From Fimbriosthenelais zetlandica (lineage: Eukaryota): a stretch of DNA of 64,000 bases. The notes below the pieces were generated by a model that was not told the DNA's origin, did not search any database, and saw only the letters and a program-made list of their open reading frames with translations. The stretch lies in assembly GCA_977030845.1 (NCBI GenBank), contig OZ365112.1:21266001-21330000 (forward strand), written 5' to 3'. Shown here one piece after another: positions 23,101-38,284 of the stretch; within the stretch, counting starts at the first letter, position 1; each line of letters begins with the position of its first letter. The translations under genes were made by a program, and so were the position numbers.

Positions 23101-26100
23101 ATTATACAGCTATTCACGCTTGTCAAATGCAAATATATATTTTTTAATAGACAGCCCGATATAAAGAGATTACTAATGGACAAGACGTTTCTCCTTATTT
23201 CTGAGGGCCCTGGGAATATCTGAATCCTCCAGACAGTTCTCTCATTCACCGCCTTCAAAAGCCACAAAAACCAAGTGGAAACTGAGAGCAAGCTGTTAAA
23301 GTTTTTCTTCTCCAGCACTACTGGATTATCAAACATTGGACACAGAGGCATGAATAGTCTGCAGGCATCAGAATGGAACTGTCATTGGTGCGAAGGGCCT
23401 AGATTTGCGCTCCTTCACTGCCGAGGCTTTTCAATATATTCCTCTGTATGTAGGCTAATTTTTTTGCATCTAGTTGACGTAAGGATATGAATGCAAACAT
23501 CTTTCTGAGTACAGGTTTGGCAAGTCTGGTTGAGACGGAGCATTAGGTTGCCTTCGTCTGCGGTTTTGGTCGCCCTCCCACTACTATTGGCCCCATCTTC
23601 ACCATACCATGATCTAGTAAAGCCTTGGTCCGTGAAACCACATGGTAAGATATTGCTGCCAAACTATCGAAATAGATCCTTAGAGGGGTTAATGAATCTT
23701 TAAGATTTGAAAATAATAACCCAAATGACCATAAGACTCGAGTTCCCCAAGAACGGCAGTATAACCATAGTAATCACCTATAATGTTTGATGAGGGAGAC
23801 ATCAGATTTAACCTATTCTTATTTATCGCATGTCAACCAATTATTACTACCAGCCAACTCGTGAGACCTGTCGTAAAGAAGGGCTTTACTTCCTTCGGTG
23901 GGGCCTCCCTCTAAATCCACTCACTGCACCTATAATACAACGCTGCCCCCGTGTGGAGCTTGCTTGAACTAAAGATGCCTTGAATGACATTCCAAAGCTC
24001 AATTATATCCCTGTCCTAAGGCCCTAAAAAGGTGCAAAAAGAAGTCAGACTATTGTAGATTACCGCCATGTTAAATACCACCTTAAAACCGGATCTTTTT
24101 CTTAGTTTTCATTTATAACCATTTTACTGGTAATTCATATCCAGGCAAGACAGTGCCACGTCCACTTGACATACTGAAACGACTGAGGTGACAAAGGGCT
24201 TCATAATGAGAACAAGTTAATTAAGAATATACAGGGAATAAAAAAATGACTGTCACATTCGTGCCAATAATGGTAGCAGTCAATGTAAATGAAGGTATGA
24301 AGGGGGGTGAATGCCTGGTCCATATTGTGTTCTACTTCGCACGTTCGTCTGCGGTGAACCACAGGAGAAATGCTTGGCATCAGAACTGTATCGTCTGTAC
24401 ATTCAATATCGGCATTCAACATCTAATACACACATTAACTATTATTCAGCAGGCAATTTTTTTGCGAAAAATCTGGCTCTCCTCAAGAATCAAGGTAAAA
24501 CGTATCATGGATACATATTGATCTCGTTTAAAAACGCCATGATATTCCTATCATGTAATAATCAAATTGACGAAGCGAACAAACACCATATGAAAATCAG
24601 ATGGCAAAAAGCTAAATCATAACACTGGGCTATTTTTTTCTCTTTTTGGCAAAGAAGACTCATAATTTAGATTCATGCGCTTCTGTCCGCCCACATCCTT
24701 TCCATCCCCCAAAACGGATAGCGATATGTCAAAAAATCTTCCTTCAGCATTTCCAATTACTAAAACTATGTTATGTAGGGCTACTTTTCTTTTCCACCTT
24801 TATAAAAGAACAGTCCTATTCTCTACAAGAAATTGCAGGAGTTGTGCCTGATACAATTCAAAACCATTGACAGCAATGAATAATAGGCGTCCTACCTTTC
24901 AATGTGAGAAAAGGCAAATCTTTGCCTTAAGTGGCAAGACTCATTGCAATTATTGCAATTAAGCATCCATAAATTAATCATTACATTACATTAATCATCC
25001 AACAATTAAACATTACAGCTTCATAATTATTGATGAGGTACATACCTCACACTTTCCTTTAGCCTTATCTATAATATTGACTGAGGAATGGAAACCAAGA
25101 GAAAGTCAAAGCGGCGATATGAAGTCCACAGTAGCTACTTTCAAATTCCTGTAGTGTTCCCCTATACATCCTTGCAAGTTCTTCAATGAAAGGTGGTAGT
25201 ACTAATATCCCACGAAGACTTGCGAAAATCTCCTCTGAAGGGGTAGTGGGGGATGGTGGTTATGGGATGTTAATTTTCTTTTATTGCATTGTAAATGTAC
25301 TCCAGTGCGAGATGGTTTACACCTGTAGTGGTTTTCTACCGGTTGTTCTCCCACTCACCTCAGCAGTTCACCCCAGGGTTACACTCACCACCCCCCCCCC
25401 CCCCCGCCTCCACTACCTTTAATCGCGCTACTCGCTATTTTTTTTGTTTTCTTTTCACAACCATGATATTCTTCCTAACACTTTTCAAAAGCGATCAAAT
25501 TTTCCAAAATTTTCCAACGTAAGCTATCGTATCAACCAACCACATCCCCATGCTTCCTCATCCACTACTTCTACCTTCTTACCAACCCACCTCCCTCATT
25601 TACTCCCACCCACCACCCTCCCTCCTTGCCACCCTCCCACAGACAACTCCTCCAAACTTGTTTTGCCTGACACTCGGTCCGTTTCGCTAACAGCTAACTA
25701 TTTCCTTTCAATAGTCGAGACATGGGATGAGACATGGAGTGCTTACTCGAGTGTAACGTTAAAGATGCTATAGAATAGCTAACTCTAATGATATAACATT
25801 GCAGCTTTTTCTAACAAAATAATATTAAATTAGTTACATGAACAAAATATATGAAAACCTACCAATTTAGCTATGACAATCATAAAAAAAACATATGTTA
25901 TACTCCAAAACATTCTTGGCCCACAATGCATGCTCACAGTATTTCTCATGGCAATAAACCTGATATAATAATGATTCTAAATTATTGCCAATATGTTATA
26001 GAATAGGAGAAAATCTTTGCAATGGTTTTGTCCTGATTCTTTGCCAGGGTTATGTCTAAGATGTTCCCTAGTCTACATGTAAGGTACAGAGGTCTGCTAA

Positions 26101-26368
26101 GGCCTTACAACACAGGAGATCAAAGATTCCCCGCATCTGTGTCCACAATACCATAGCTTACAACATCTCACCTAATACATGATGTGGTGTTAATAACCAA
26201 ACTAGTATCTATAGAAATATCCCCAGTTTTCTTGCACTGATGAAACACTTAAATGGTCACCTATGTGGTGACCAAATGAGATGATAATTTGAAGAAAAGT
26301 GTCCTTCCTTTTGCTGCAGCATCCACCATTTCAGCAGCGTTTCAGCGAGTAAAATGAAATTGACTTAC

Positions 26369-26830
26369 CTGGGCTTAAGCTTGAGGAGAAATGTTCAAGA
26401 TCAGAGGAACCCTTGCCATGACTTTCTAACAACTTTAAGTTGTAAGTAAAATCCTATTGCTTGTAAAAGTTTGGAAGAAATTGCCTACATACCCTCGGAA
26501 AACACCCCGAGACACACGCGAGTCTGCGAACAGCGAGCCTCTACCGAATCATTCGGAAACCTTAGGTCTCCCCGCTCACTGTCACACTTCAGTGCCCGTC
26601 AACTTATTTTATTCGTGATAAGAGACAGAGGGTGAGAGGTATAGAGAGAGGGGGTCGGATCTACCAGCTACCTGCCTGTCTGCTCGAACTGAAGGCTCGT
26701 CAAGTTCCATTCCGCCACGCGGTTTTCGCTAAATCCTACTAGCCATACATGTTGGGTCTCTCCCTCCTTCCCCCTACCAGTCCCGCTTTTCCCTCCCACC
26801 CAACCCCCACGTTTTCCTACTCTTCCTCTC
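26369..26830 (-). promoter_or_regulatory. Candidate promoter and non-coding first exon (possibly of the collagen gene)
   Basis: Perfect minus-strand donor CAG|GTAAGT at 26368 next to a locally CpG-rich stretch (about 26500-26730) in an otherwise CpG-poor region; collagen exon 1 begins with an acceptor so an upstream exon must exist. Confidence 0.3.
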
Positions 26831-29800
26831 TCACCCGTTGCGGTTCAGAGACCATGTGGAGGGCTCAAAGACTCACCTAACCACTCTCACAGGTGTATAG
26901 GAGATTCATAGAGTAAAAACCAAGCTTGTTCAGACCCAGTATACTGTCATATAGATCTACGGAGTATTCATGATGTTGCTTCTTCTCACACATACACTTA
27001 TGATCCAATTTGCTATATTTAATTGGGTTGTTTCTTCATTTTCAACATTTCAATATCATTCTGTCAATCTCTCTTTCTCCCACTTAGCAATTTTGATAGA
27101 TGGGATGGATTTTCCAAGAATTCTCGAGAAAGAATCCCTCAAGAAGGTTCGCTCATCAACATAGTCTAATGAAAGCTAATTATAAGATATGTGACGACAA
27201 GGATTTTATGTCAGTTACAAGCAAAACATACAGTTCATATATTCATGCAATTTAAGAATGTTTTTTATATCATCAATCACTTTCCTGGTTAACCAGTTTA
27301 ACTGAATTAAGTCTATACCAAAAAGTACTGATCAGTGGCGGACGTCCTTTCCAGCAGTCTGGAACAGTTTGTTTAAATCAACATTAATGTCCCCTCATAG
27401 TACATTCCCCCAAAACCATATAAATACTCCCCTCTACTACTACAACAGCACACATATAGTGCAATATAACCCCCCAAAATGCTTTGACTCACTGACCAAC
27501 TGCAGTAGTTCCTAAAAAAATGTATGTCCTTCGACTGACACCACAAAAAAATAGTGCTTTAGACGAACATGCAGGAACCACAAATTTTTCAATAATCAAT
27601 ACTTTTATGAACAATCATGCCAGTTTGGGCTATGTTAATGTAGCATTCTTAATTTCCTCTTTTTCTATACTACTGACTTTCCAGGCTGTCCAAGGAGCAT
27701 CCAGCATCCAGTTGTCCCAGATGAACTCCCCCATTTCTACATACTGCATCCCACAGCGCCGTGCCGCATCATTGGTGGCTATAAATGTGTATACATGGCG
27801 TAATTCTACTTCTTCCTCACCGTTGGACGAGGACATAATAATGCAAATTAATCATTTGAGTGTATATTTCCTTTGGTCAAATACCTCTTCATTTGTTAGT
27901 TTCTTTGCTGAGTTTCAGGCCTGATGTTGATAGGTATGGCTTTTAAAAAGGAGGAGGTATCGATAAGCAAGGTCTATTCCTTTAGAATATTTAGATTTCA
28001 TCTAATGTCTTTTATCTTATAGTAGATTATAGCAACCATTCTTCAATTTTTTTCCATAATGAACTCGAGTTCTGAAAGATCTTTTGCATTAACAACATTG
28101 CAATTGTAGCATAATTATAACGTATTAAATTCGACATCCTTTATTTCATAGTACACTCTGGCATAGGGGAAAAGCTGTGTATTTAGTTTCATGATTTCGA
28201 ATTTAATGCAATATAAAGCACTTCAAATGTCCCAAGAGTCCTTGATATACAGGTTACACAGAACTTAAGAGAAGAACATTTGTGGTACAAGAGAAGCACA
28301 GTATTGCCCTCTAGGAGACGGCGTTTGTAACTAAAGCACCAAGTCCACCGCGCTGTGCTCTTGATGTGCATCAGCCTGTCAATTGCAGTATTTTTTTCTT
28401 ATGTATATAATATACATGGTTCGATGCAGGTTCCTAACGAGATTGCAGGAACAAAATTAAAAGTAACTATTGATTATCCTAACAGAATATAGTATTCAAA
28501 GAAAGTTTTCATATACAGGAACTAGTGTTTAGCTTATATATATATTAGGTTTCCATGACAGAGATTCGCAATTTTGAAATACTATGTATATGTGACACGT
28601 GTATTATATGCATACAAGAAGACGTTTCTATGGGTGAATGGCATGGTAACCTGGTGATTTGGTAGTTGAACTATAAGGGAACCCAATAGAGTGATTGATA
28701 TCTTGACCATTCTACTTGAAGAATGCGCAACATGGATGAATGGAAATGACCCTAATATATTCGTTTACATGTATACATAGCCTATATGTAGACGATTTAT
28801 GCAGATATTTACAATGAGACATTATATGCAGGCTAAAATGTAGCAAAAAAACAGCACCAGTTACTTAAACATGTGCTTAATTATCAAACTGTGGCAGAGT
28901 AAAAAAAAACAATTTTTCAGTTTCACACTCGGTTGATGCATGGCATCACACAAGGTTACAGAGCGGGCTTAGTGAAATAAATCCTTCAAGTCAGTAGCCC
29001 TGAATAACTGGTCTGTAATTCAACATCATAAAAGTTAAAGGCCTTCCATGCATGCACAATAACTAGAAAGGGTCATTCAGCGTAAACAGCTATATGACAT
29101 TAGTCTTGCTTTACTTGTAAGTAGGCATAGATCACAAATGTGTATTTTCTAAGTTGGATCAGCTGCATGTGATTAGCTCACTTTCTAAACCTTGGATCAT
29201 TCATAAAGGACGATAACCTCTCATCAAATTGAAATAATTAAGTCAGGATGCCTCTCAATGATTGGCCCCGACACAACCAGATGTATCGTTTGCTCGGGTC
29301 TATCTTGAGAAACCAGTTCCTAAGCATGCAACTTGAGTAAACAAGTTGTGATTATTATGATTATTTAATTTACATAGGAACGTGTACGCAGTTCTTTTTC
29401 CTTCAATTCTTCTTTTTGTCAGAGTGTGTTTGAGTTGGAGTATGCGTACCTCGGTTTATAGTGAGGATATCTCGGGAGGAAATATTTTGGTCAACCTATA
29501 CAGCCAGCTCTATAGAAACGTGGGGGAGTTTGCCAGGGGAAGATTATGGTCAAAGTTGTATGTTTATTGCCCATGCATTTCCACAGGTATATTCATGAGT
29601 TAATACCACGAAAACGCAAGCGCCTTCACTATTTCTTCCCACCTGATCCACCACTATGAGGAAATGTATCATAGAGTTGAATATCAGCTTATACAAAGAT
29701 ATACAATCTTATAGTTAGCATATTAAAAATAACTTTATCTATACCTTGCAATGTAACTGTTTATTTTCTTTATTTGTCCAGGGTCTTTTAAATATTTAAA

Positions 29801-31798
29801 ATATATTATTTTCATTTATTGTGAATAGAATGTTTAGCCATTAGCCACGCTTGCCTCACTTATGATATGGTCCCCAAATATCATTTCTTTCGGGCCATAA
29901 AAAGGACGACACACTGTTCCGAAACCTACTCGAGCAAGTGGTAGGATACATAACTCACTGTCTAGTGATTGCGTAACCAATACTTCTTCTGCATCCCCTC
30001 CAGTTGTCTTTTTTCACCTTTATTTATAACATTCATGTTTAACTTGCCAGGTTACGGGATATGATTGAATGTCACTACAATCTTAGTTAGTTATATCTTG
30101 ACACATACTAGACAAATTTAATCAGAACATAATTTGTTAGTTTTGAGTAACCTCCCTTTACAATTATCTCAATCAGTTTAATCTTTGTGGATAGTTAGCA
30201 GTAATTTACATGGATACATACAGTTATCATAATTATATAATTATCTGTATCGTGCCAATGTCATTGAGACGGTTTTCGTCACAATGACCTTATTTGTTGT
30301 CAGTAAACGAAAAGATCATTAATATTTCTTGAAAACATACGTGCAACATCTTGCAGGATGAATCTCTGATGTGATGCAACTAGTGTACATATGTAGTTCC
30401 CTTTGGGTCTTAATGATGCTGGGCCCAATGGGCCACGCCCATTAGACATGGATCCTATTCAGGGATTTGAAAAATCACAATGGTAGCTGACTTGTAATGT
30501 ACAGATATACTGTACAGCAGAATTCATGATATAATACTGTAGAATATTCTGTAGAATAATATAATTTGATATAATCCCCATATTATATATGTAGACACTT
30601 TTATTCTGTAGGCCTACAGGGGCTTAGAGGTATATGCAACAGTTGGGTTATGTGTCACATACCAATAGAATCTGGCATTTACACTCGTTGCTTGCATGCC
30701 ACTAGCAGACGAACAAGCAATATTAGGCTAGTTGGCACTTATCCTTTTTGCTCTTTTGTGTGTTTATCTGAATATTGTCTAGTTTATATTTGGCACCCGA
30801 ACAATATCCTGTAAAATAATCTTGTTAGCTTCCCAGACTTGGAATGACAGACCTTCTACTCAAGAATTTAATGGGAAGAAAGGAAGCATGTCTGACCCCT
30901 TATTGAGACTTGAACATTTTATTTTTCTCTAGTGCAAGTTTTCAATAAGTGCCATACATCATGTGCCCAGAATCCACTTGCAAGCCCTTCAAGAATATTC
31001 TCTTGGCTAACTATGTGTGAGAGTAAGCATTCACCCTCTCATCACACTTGTGAAGGCAGCGGTTGTTGTCCCATTTCTCGAGGGTCAACATGATACAAGG
31101 TTGTTTGCAGAAGCAACTTCCCCCTCTCCACCAGGAAAAAACTTGCATTTGCTTTTCGAGGGTGGGTGCTGGGTAGCTTCCTTAGAGACACGACATGAAA
31201 GTTGACCTCTTTCTCTCTGCAAACCACACATGTATGCTCTTTTTAAAAATTGTCCCAGATGTAGGAAGTCTACTATAGGATATGATGGAATTGATGCTCA
31301 GATATCCTCTGATTACGCAACCGTTTCTGATAGATACAGTATTGTTAAACTCTGAAAGGGTGTTATTCGGTCTCAGGTATATAAACTATAATGGTTTGAA
31401 CGGACCAGAGCGTTTTTTTCTCATGGCACAGACAATTTTTTGTAGATGCACCTCCTTGGACTGTCAGCGCATCTACCTCAATTAACCGTCTCTGTGACTC
31501 GATTAGAAAAATGTTCAGAGTATGTCCCAATATTCCAGGTGGTCACTGAAATACTGTCTACCCACAGTAAGGCAAGCCTTCATCGCAATGACGAGTGTTG
31601 TATGCAGTACTGTGATCTCACCATACCATATTCCCATTATCCCCATGCGCTGATTGTAACATCTACTGATTCAGGACCATTCTATGATCTATCTGTCAGA
31701 ATTGTGTTGAGCAATTATTGAGCATTTATATTGAGCATATACAATGCTCCCTCCCCAGCATCACCATAATATGTAAACACGAACTGCTCCCTCATAGC

Positions 31799-31843
31799 AC
31801 TTCCGTTTCCGCTGACGTCACTCCAGCTACAGCCACCATCTTG
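31799..31843. promoter_or_regulatory. Cluster of ETS-like, CRE and YY1-like motifs
   Basis: ACTTCCG (31799-31805), TTTCCG, palindromic TGACGTCA (31813-31820), GCCACCATCTTG (minus strand CAAGATGGTGGC) within 45 bp. Confidence 0.25.
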
Positions 31844-34800
31844 TTATACTATAGACAGGCATACTGAGGTTTCGTGCTCGCATGTCTTACTTCTCTTATC
31901 AATATGCTACATCATATCTGGTGCCGTAGCTATGATAGCATGATATAACACCTCGGATGTGTTCACATTATGAAGTTGCCAGATATCTATGCTTCATCAT
32001 TCTGTCATCATTCATCATAAAAATATTACTATGACAAGAAAATGGATCATCGTATGCACATGAAATAATTATGAAAGTTCATATTTTTACTTTTGTATGA
32101 GTCTGGTTACATATTTTCCTGCTTGGACAGGTGGACTGTATACCACACATACAAACTAACTAGTGTGAATATTATATAATATATTATATCTATAGATACA
32201 AGAGTTTCTAAAAGGGAAATTAATTATAGAATTAGCATTGCTAATATTCCTTTTGAAACATGCCCCAGATGAGCTTTCACTCTAACTTACTGATCCATCA
32301 TCCCATCCTAATTATTGTATAGTGGCGAACTGCTCATATTACCCCTGTCATGGTCTGAAAAATATTGGATATAGCAGAAGTATAATACCTAAGCCCCATC
32401 TTCTTTAAGGCCTTTGTTTTTTCACTTATAAATCAGTTAACTTATAACAGGTGTAGACCTATTACATTGATGGGCCATCAGAATATAATGGTAAATAACA
32501 CACGGACTTAATGATTTACCACACTCTTCAGCTACTAGTTTTTTCTGTAAGTATACTCCAAATACATCAGCACCATATAATAAAACTGCCTACTTTTTAC
32601 GGGGAGTTGAACATAAATTTGGCGTAAACTAACACAACCGTCAAGTATTATCAAATGAGAAAAAAAATCTTCTAAAGTGGTTCGTGGATTATGCTGAGAA
32701 CCCTTGGACTTGTAAGAAACCTGGAAATATATTTTGAGTTCCGATGAAACAAAGCACTGATTAATAGAACTTCAGAAAAAGTGGACTCAGCTGCGTGTAT
32801 ATGCAGGGTGTAATACATCAATGCTTAGGCCTATGTTTGTGTAACACACTGATATTAACGTTATGCACTTTAAATGTTCGACTTTTGATAGATCCCATGT
32901 GTAGGAACGGCCTGGCAGTATTGCCTTTTGTTGCAGAATTTGTTGACCCCATTTTGAGGTCAGGGAAGGGCGATAAATTGTGGAATGTACCCTTCTGAAA
33001 CAGAAAGTAAACTTCATTATAAACTCAAATAATATCATATTTTCCATCAAGCTTTTTTCAATTTCTTTTCTGAATTATTGACTTCCATTACTAAGTTTTA
33101 ATCACCCTGCCTTTTTGAGGACCATGCTTTTGACCTTTCACACTGTGGGATTAGATATTTATAGTTGTTTCAATGGAGGGCATAGATCAGAAACTGGTGT
33201 TTATCCATTGTACAGAATTGACTGGGATCACAATGAGAAGTAGGGGAAGGGGGTGTTTGGTGAAGTGTGTCATTCATTTGAGGGTGGTCCCAACGGCAGA
33301 CGAGACGCACGTATGTATAGAGATTCTAAATGTCATATATAGGTGAGACGCTTTTCTGAGATACGAAAGGCAATCAATCTGATTCAGTGGATTGTCTAGG
33401 AAGTTAGAAATCAGATGCTACCTCAAATATTTTTTATTCATTATGTTCATTTCATTATTAAGACATGTCCTCTTGGTCCTCAAAGGACCTCTTGGTGGTT
33501 TCCAATTTAAATAGGATTAATACGCTAATCATAATTATACTATACTGGTAGTGGGTCGTGGTCATTATTAAGTACCTAAAAGGAAGTGTCACTGGGGTGG
33601 AATGTTTATACGTTTGCACTGACTGGTGTCATGGCTCTCTGGTTGGGTCCTTTCAGTGGTTAGTGACCTCCAGGAAATGCATGCTGCTGGTCCGTTCGGG
33701 AAAACATATCTATTCTGCTCTATTTACCTGATAGACCTCAGGCTATGTCCTGGAAATTGTCCCACTCCACCCACTCCATCCCTCCACCATCTGATAAAGT
33801 ATGATAAGTGCTTGAAGAAGGTATTGTTACAAAAAGATTGAGATACCATAAATACGGTTCCAGCTCGTTTTGATGTTGGCATTCATATTGAAGATGGAGA
33901 AATTAATAGTTTATGGGCATGGCGGTTTTCTATACATTTCCTATGTATACATCTCATGTGACTAATCTTTATGTCAATAGAGATATTTAAAAGAACATCC
34001 AAAGTAAATGCCAATATCCATACACCTTTGACTGGGATATATCAAAAGTTGGAAGCTAATAGCTTAACTCAATGTAGAGAGAACATTCCTACGTGACATT
34101 TTATAAAAGCATAAAAGGTAATTGAGGGTTTATGTACTCCTACATGTCTTCATGTTTGTGTCGCCATTGAAAGGACAATAACAGAGGTAATATTGTGCAT
34201 TATTGGTATATTTCTTGAAGCCTGTGAAGAAACACTAGATTGTACCGCAGTGTTTGGGAAGGTAAACAACAGCATCAAATCATGAATATAACGTTAGATG
34301 GCTTTATGTGGCTTTATGTGGCAAGATGTGGTCTGAAAAACTTCGAATTTCAGTGGCCTGCAAAAACAACGTTATTTTAAACTTAAATCATAGAACATGC
34401 CTCAATTAAAAGACATTTTGAGATTCATGTCTCAGCTAGAATTTCATATTGGATGTGTTATTGGCGTGGCAGCCAACAAGTGTAAGTCTTGAACATTGGG
34501 AAAAGGCCATGCAGCACTTAAGGTTGCTGCTTGCTCCCTGAATGACCACGCAATTTAAACATACCATAAGCGTAATCATAAACCAGGTATGGGAGGAACC
34601 AGCTGCTGGGGCACTCTATACAAATATTGAACTCATGGGGGTGAGATGTGCTCCACCGTAACGCCGAAAACCCTTGAGAAAGCACGTGGAATCCGGGGTT
34701 GGCTGCAAACAGAACCACTTCTCTCTCAGCCTCTCAAATATTTGCCTTCCTCCATTGAACGTTCAGCAAGAAGTTTGTGTCACTGGAGTGCTAGCTGGCC

Positions 34801-37800
34801 TCATCAGACCAAATACTTTAAACTTGTCGGGTATTATAGGGAGGGGTGTCAGATATTATGGGCCTTGGTGTGAGTTTCAACACAGATATATATGTTCATC
34901 TTATACCGACTCTGCAGCGTGCCCTGAGAATGGTTTTTGCTCTTTAGTGCAGACGCTTTAACAGAGATCTGAGCATTGACCAACAGTTTTACAAAATGAC
35001 TTCCAATATAGAGATATCTCCCTTTATCAATAAGTAGCGGGTACCAATTGGATATTATGATCTTTTTATGTTCGTTTCTTTTTTTCTTACTGAATGAAAT
35101 CAATAAAAGAATAGATTAACAGAGATAACTGTAGCTCATTTTGTGCCTTTTGTTCAATGTTTCAAAAAAGGCAGGCGGCAGAGGATCTTGGATCCAGTAT
35201 ATGTGCAGCTTTGGTCTTTAACCACTCAAGTATGATTTGGACACAGGGATGGATGTCTGAATGGCTGAGGACAGATTCATGACAAGACAGAGGAAAGATT
35301 TTGACTTGAATAGGCTCTCTGCCTCCCCTGGGAAGAGACACTTGTCACTTAGCCAACTGGAGGTCTAAAATGTATGTAGAGCTGTGTAAGTGTATGTATA
35401 ACTTAGAGGTGTTCAGAGAATAGAATCCGCTCCCGTGAATGATCTGTTTGCGGGGGGATGAACTGGAGGAAGAATGAACGAGCAGAACCTTTACATGCAG
35501 ATATTTTGACAATACATAACTTTTGCTGCTGCAATCGATTGAGCCAAATCTTTCCCAGAGTATCATATTAAAAATGTAATGCATTCACATACAATGTACT
35601 GGTAAATCTAGCTCTAAACCGGTTCTTCGTCACCTGGATAGATGGGATGAACAATCAATGGTTTTCCGACACGCTTACACGGAAATATATATACACAAGA
35701 ATGTGAGTTGGGGACAGAATCGTTTAGAGAGAAACTTATTTGAGGGAAGAAATGAACTGAACGCTGGCGAGAAGGAAGATGTCCTTTGGGTTAAGGCCAG
35801 CCATACAGTTATAGCAGAACACTTCTGAAAATATTCCCTATACAGTTGACTGCCTCCTCGACAATCTTTAACTTAATTGTAGTAGATGTGTACCCTATGA
35901 CTTTGACAAAGATATTCGAGGGAAATTTTAACTAATTGCCATTTGTAATGAAGATCCTGAAATTACTTAATAATTATCGTTATTATATATATTCTAAACT
36001 ATTATATATATGTACATGTATTATCATCTGCGATATGGTAATTATTAGATTTAATCAGTAGAATCAATGTACAAGACCCACTTTGTAACTACATGTACAG
36101 TAGAGTAACAAAAATTAGGCCAAATTTTAAATCCTATAAATCCATTTTCCCAATAATTATTAATGACTCCAGGTTCTTGCCTTGGGGAGGTTGTGAAAAT
36201 AGTTGATAAAGTTCTTAGACGTCTTGTTTTAACCACTTTTCCATAAACACCTTTGAATATCAAACAAAGTGTTCCCAACTTGCCAAAAGCGTATTGTGGC
36301 TTTAACAGAGGTGCATTGAGTAAAAGCATTCAGGACAGGAACTCTTGACTGCATACTTCTCCCACAGGACATAGAGGAGAAGGTTGAGGAGGCAAAGACC
36401 GAGGGGATGAGAAAAAAAAACTGTATTGGGGCCTGAAGTGTCAACTCTTCCGGATATGATCGATGTGATAGTCACTAAGATAGAGGCGAAGTAAAATGCA
36501 AGAAAGTGTGGTGAATAGAAGGATACAAACACTTGCATGGTTGCAGATAACTGCTCAAAATCTCCCTAAAATGTACAAATGTAAGTTACTTTGGGAGGAT
36601 AATGGCAGTTTGAGAGAGCAGCCTTCCAGTATTTTATCACTGGATGAGCACACCACTAAATACTCCGAAATACAACTGTAATGTAATCGCCTAAAATTTC
36701 CATTATGATATCGTTCAGAAACATCCAAACAAAATTACCGCACAAAGTTCTCAATAGCACATTCACATTCAAATATTTTGATTGTATTTTAAATTGTATT
36801 TTGATTGTAATGCGGCTGTAGGGTAGATAATTTATTACTATATTCCATTTCAATGGTATACCCAACAGCTATGATCTTCAATAATATATCTTTTCATTCG
36901 GTGGTGACCCAGAGTCTTTCTTATAAATGCAAAATATCACTGAATTAAAGAATACATGTACAGATTTTTAAAAAGCTGTAGTCAGGAAATAGATTTCCTT
37001 TACGGTTAAGAGTGTAGGTGTTGGGGAGTTAGGAGATATAAAACAGTTGTCAAATATCACGAGAAACACCCACTGATGTGCTGCTGCTATTTCCTATTGA
37101 TGTTCCTCTATATGTGATGAACACTTTTTGCAAATGGATATTTTAGGTGCTTGTTATGCATGGTGCAATAACAAAGGGGCTTGGTAACAGCTTAGAGAGG
37201 AAAATGTGTCAAATTTCATTTCCAAGATGCATACATATACATAGGCCTTACATGTATGGATCGTTTTGCCCTTGGCCAGACTTAATTAGGTTATACCATC
37301 ATTGTTTATATTCAATTTGAAACAGTAAAAGCCATATAATAATGAAAATGTAAGGAAAGACAGAATAACGATTTATTATATAATCCCGGTTCCGATCCAG
37401 ATACACCTTTAATCAATGGACACAACATCATAATAACTGATATGAAGAAGATATCGAGGAGGATGCAAAATAATTATACATTATGCCTAGCGTTTGACGT
37501 AAGAAATCTTGAGCTTCAGATAATTCGGGCGATTTATATTATGATTCAAATAAATGCGTATATCGCATAATCTATAGATACTTATTAATAATGTATATAT
37601 GTCGAATATAATTATAATACATTATGTATAAATTCATGGGTACCGAAGGACTGGGCAATGGGAACTAATATAGCAAAGTATTTATCCACAATTGTTTGAG
37701 ATTATGACTATTTTTGTTGTCCAGGTCAAGTAGAAGCTTGGGCTCTTCCACACACCGTTGTTCCATTGTTTATCTTTCCCCTGGGCTGTCTTCCCCTGTC

Positions 37801-38033
37801 ACAAAGTCAATATAGTTCCTCCCACATAACAAAATGCTAGGTTAACTCCCCATGTATGGCTCTCCGTGGGAGAGCTTGTGATCAGCGTCAACTGCTTGAT
37901 AAAATCCGAAATTCACTGATTGTAATTCTTTGAACTCCCTCGCAGACCTCAATATGCAAATTTCAAAGCCAACTGAACAAAATTAAATGCAGTTGCTTCT
38001 GCTGGAAGAAGACTATAATGCGAACATTCTGAA

Positions 38034-38284
38034 ATTAACATTCATATAGCTGTTTCATATTGTCAGTTAATTCCGACTGGAACTAGAATTCTACTCAAAG
38101 AGATAGATATAATACTGACAGATGATAACAGGGTCTGAGCCTATCAAGGAATTCATGGTGAAAAGGTCTACAACTTGGCCAGAATACCTTTTGATCCAAA
38201 TCAGGCATTTTCTCTGGGTTGAAGTAGTTGTATGACGGATCAGATTCATTACAGGCTTTATTTATGTTCAAGAGATAAAAAAAA
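38034..38284. repeat. 251-bp segment, copy 1 (source of local duplication)
   Basis: Matches 38866-39117 with 3 substitutions seen by eye. Confidence 0.92.

Noticed and set aside
25391-25405. C15 homopolymer, and G-runs at about 44180-44210
   Set aside because: Ordinary low-complexity sequence with no functional context.
27630-28200. Trp-containing 68-aa minus ORF (…GEFIWDNWMLDAPWTAW…) and neighbouring broken frames
   Set aside because: Short, no splice chain or family motif I can recognise.
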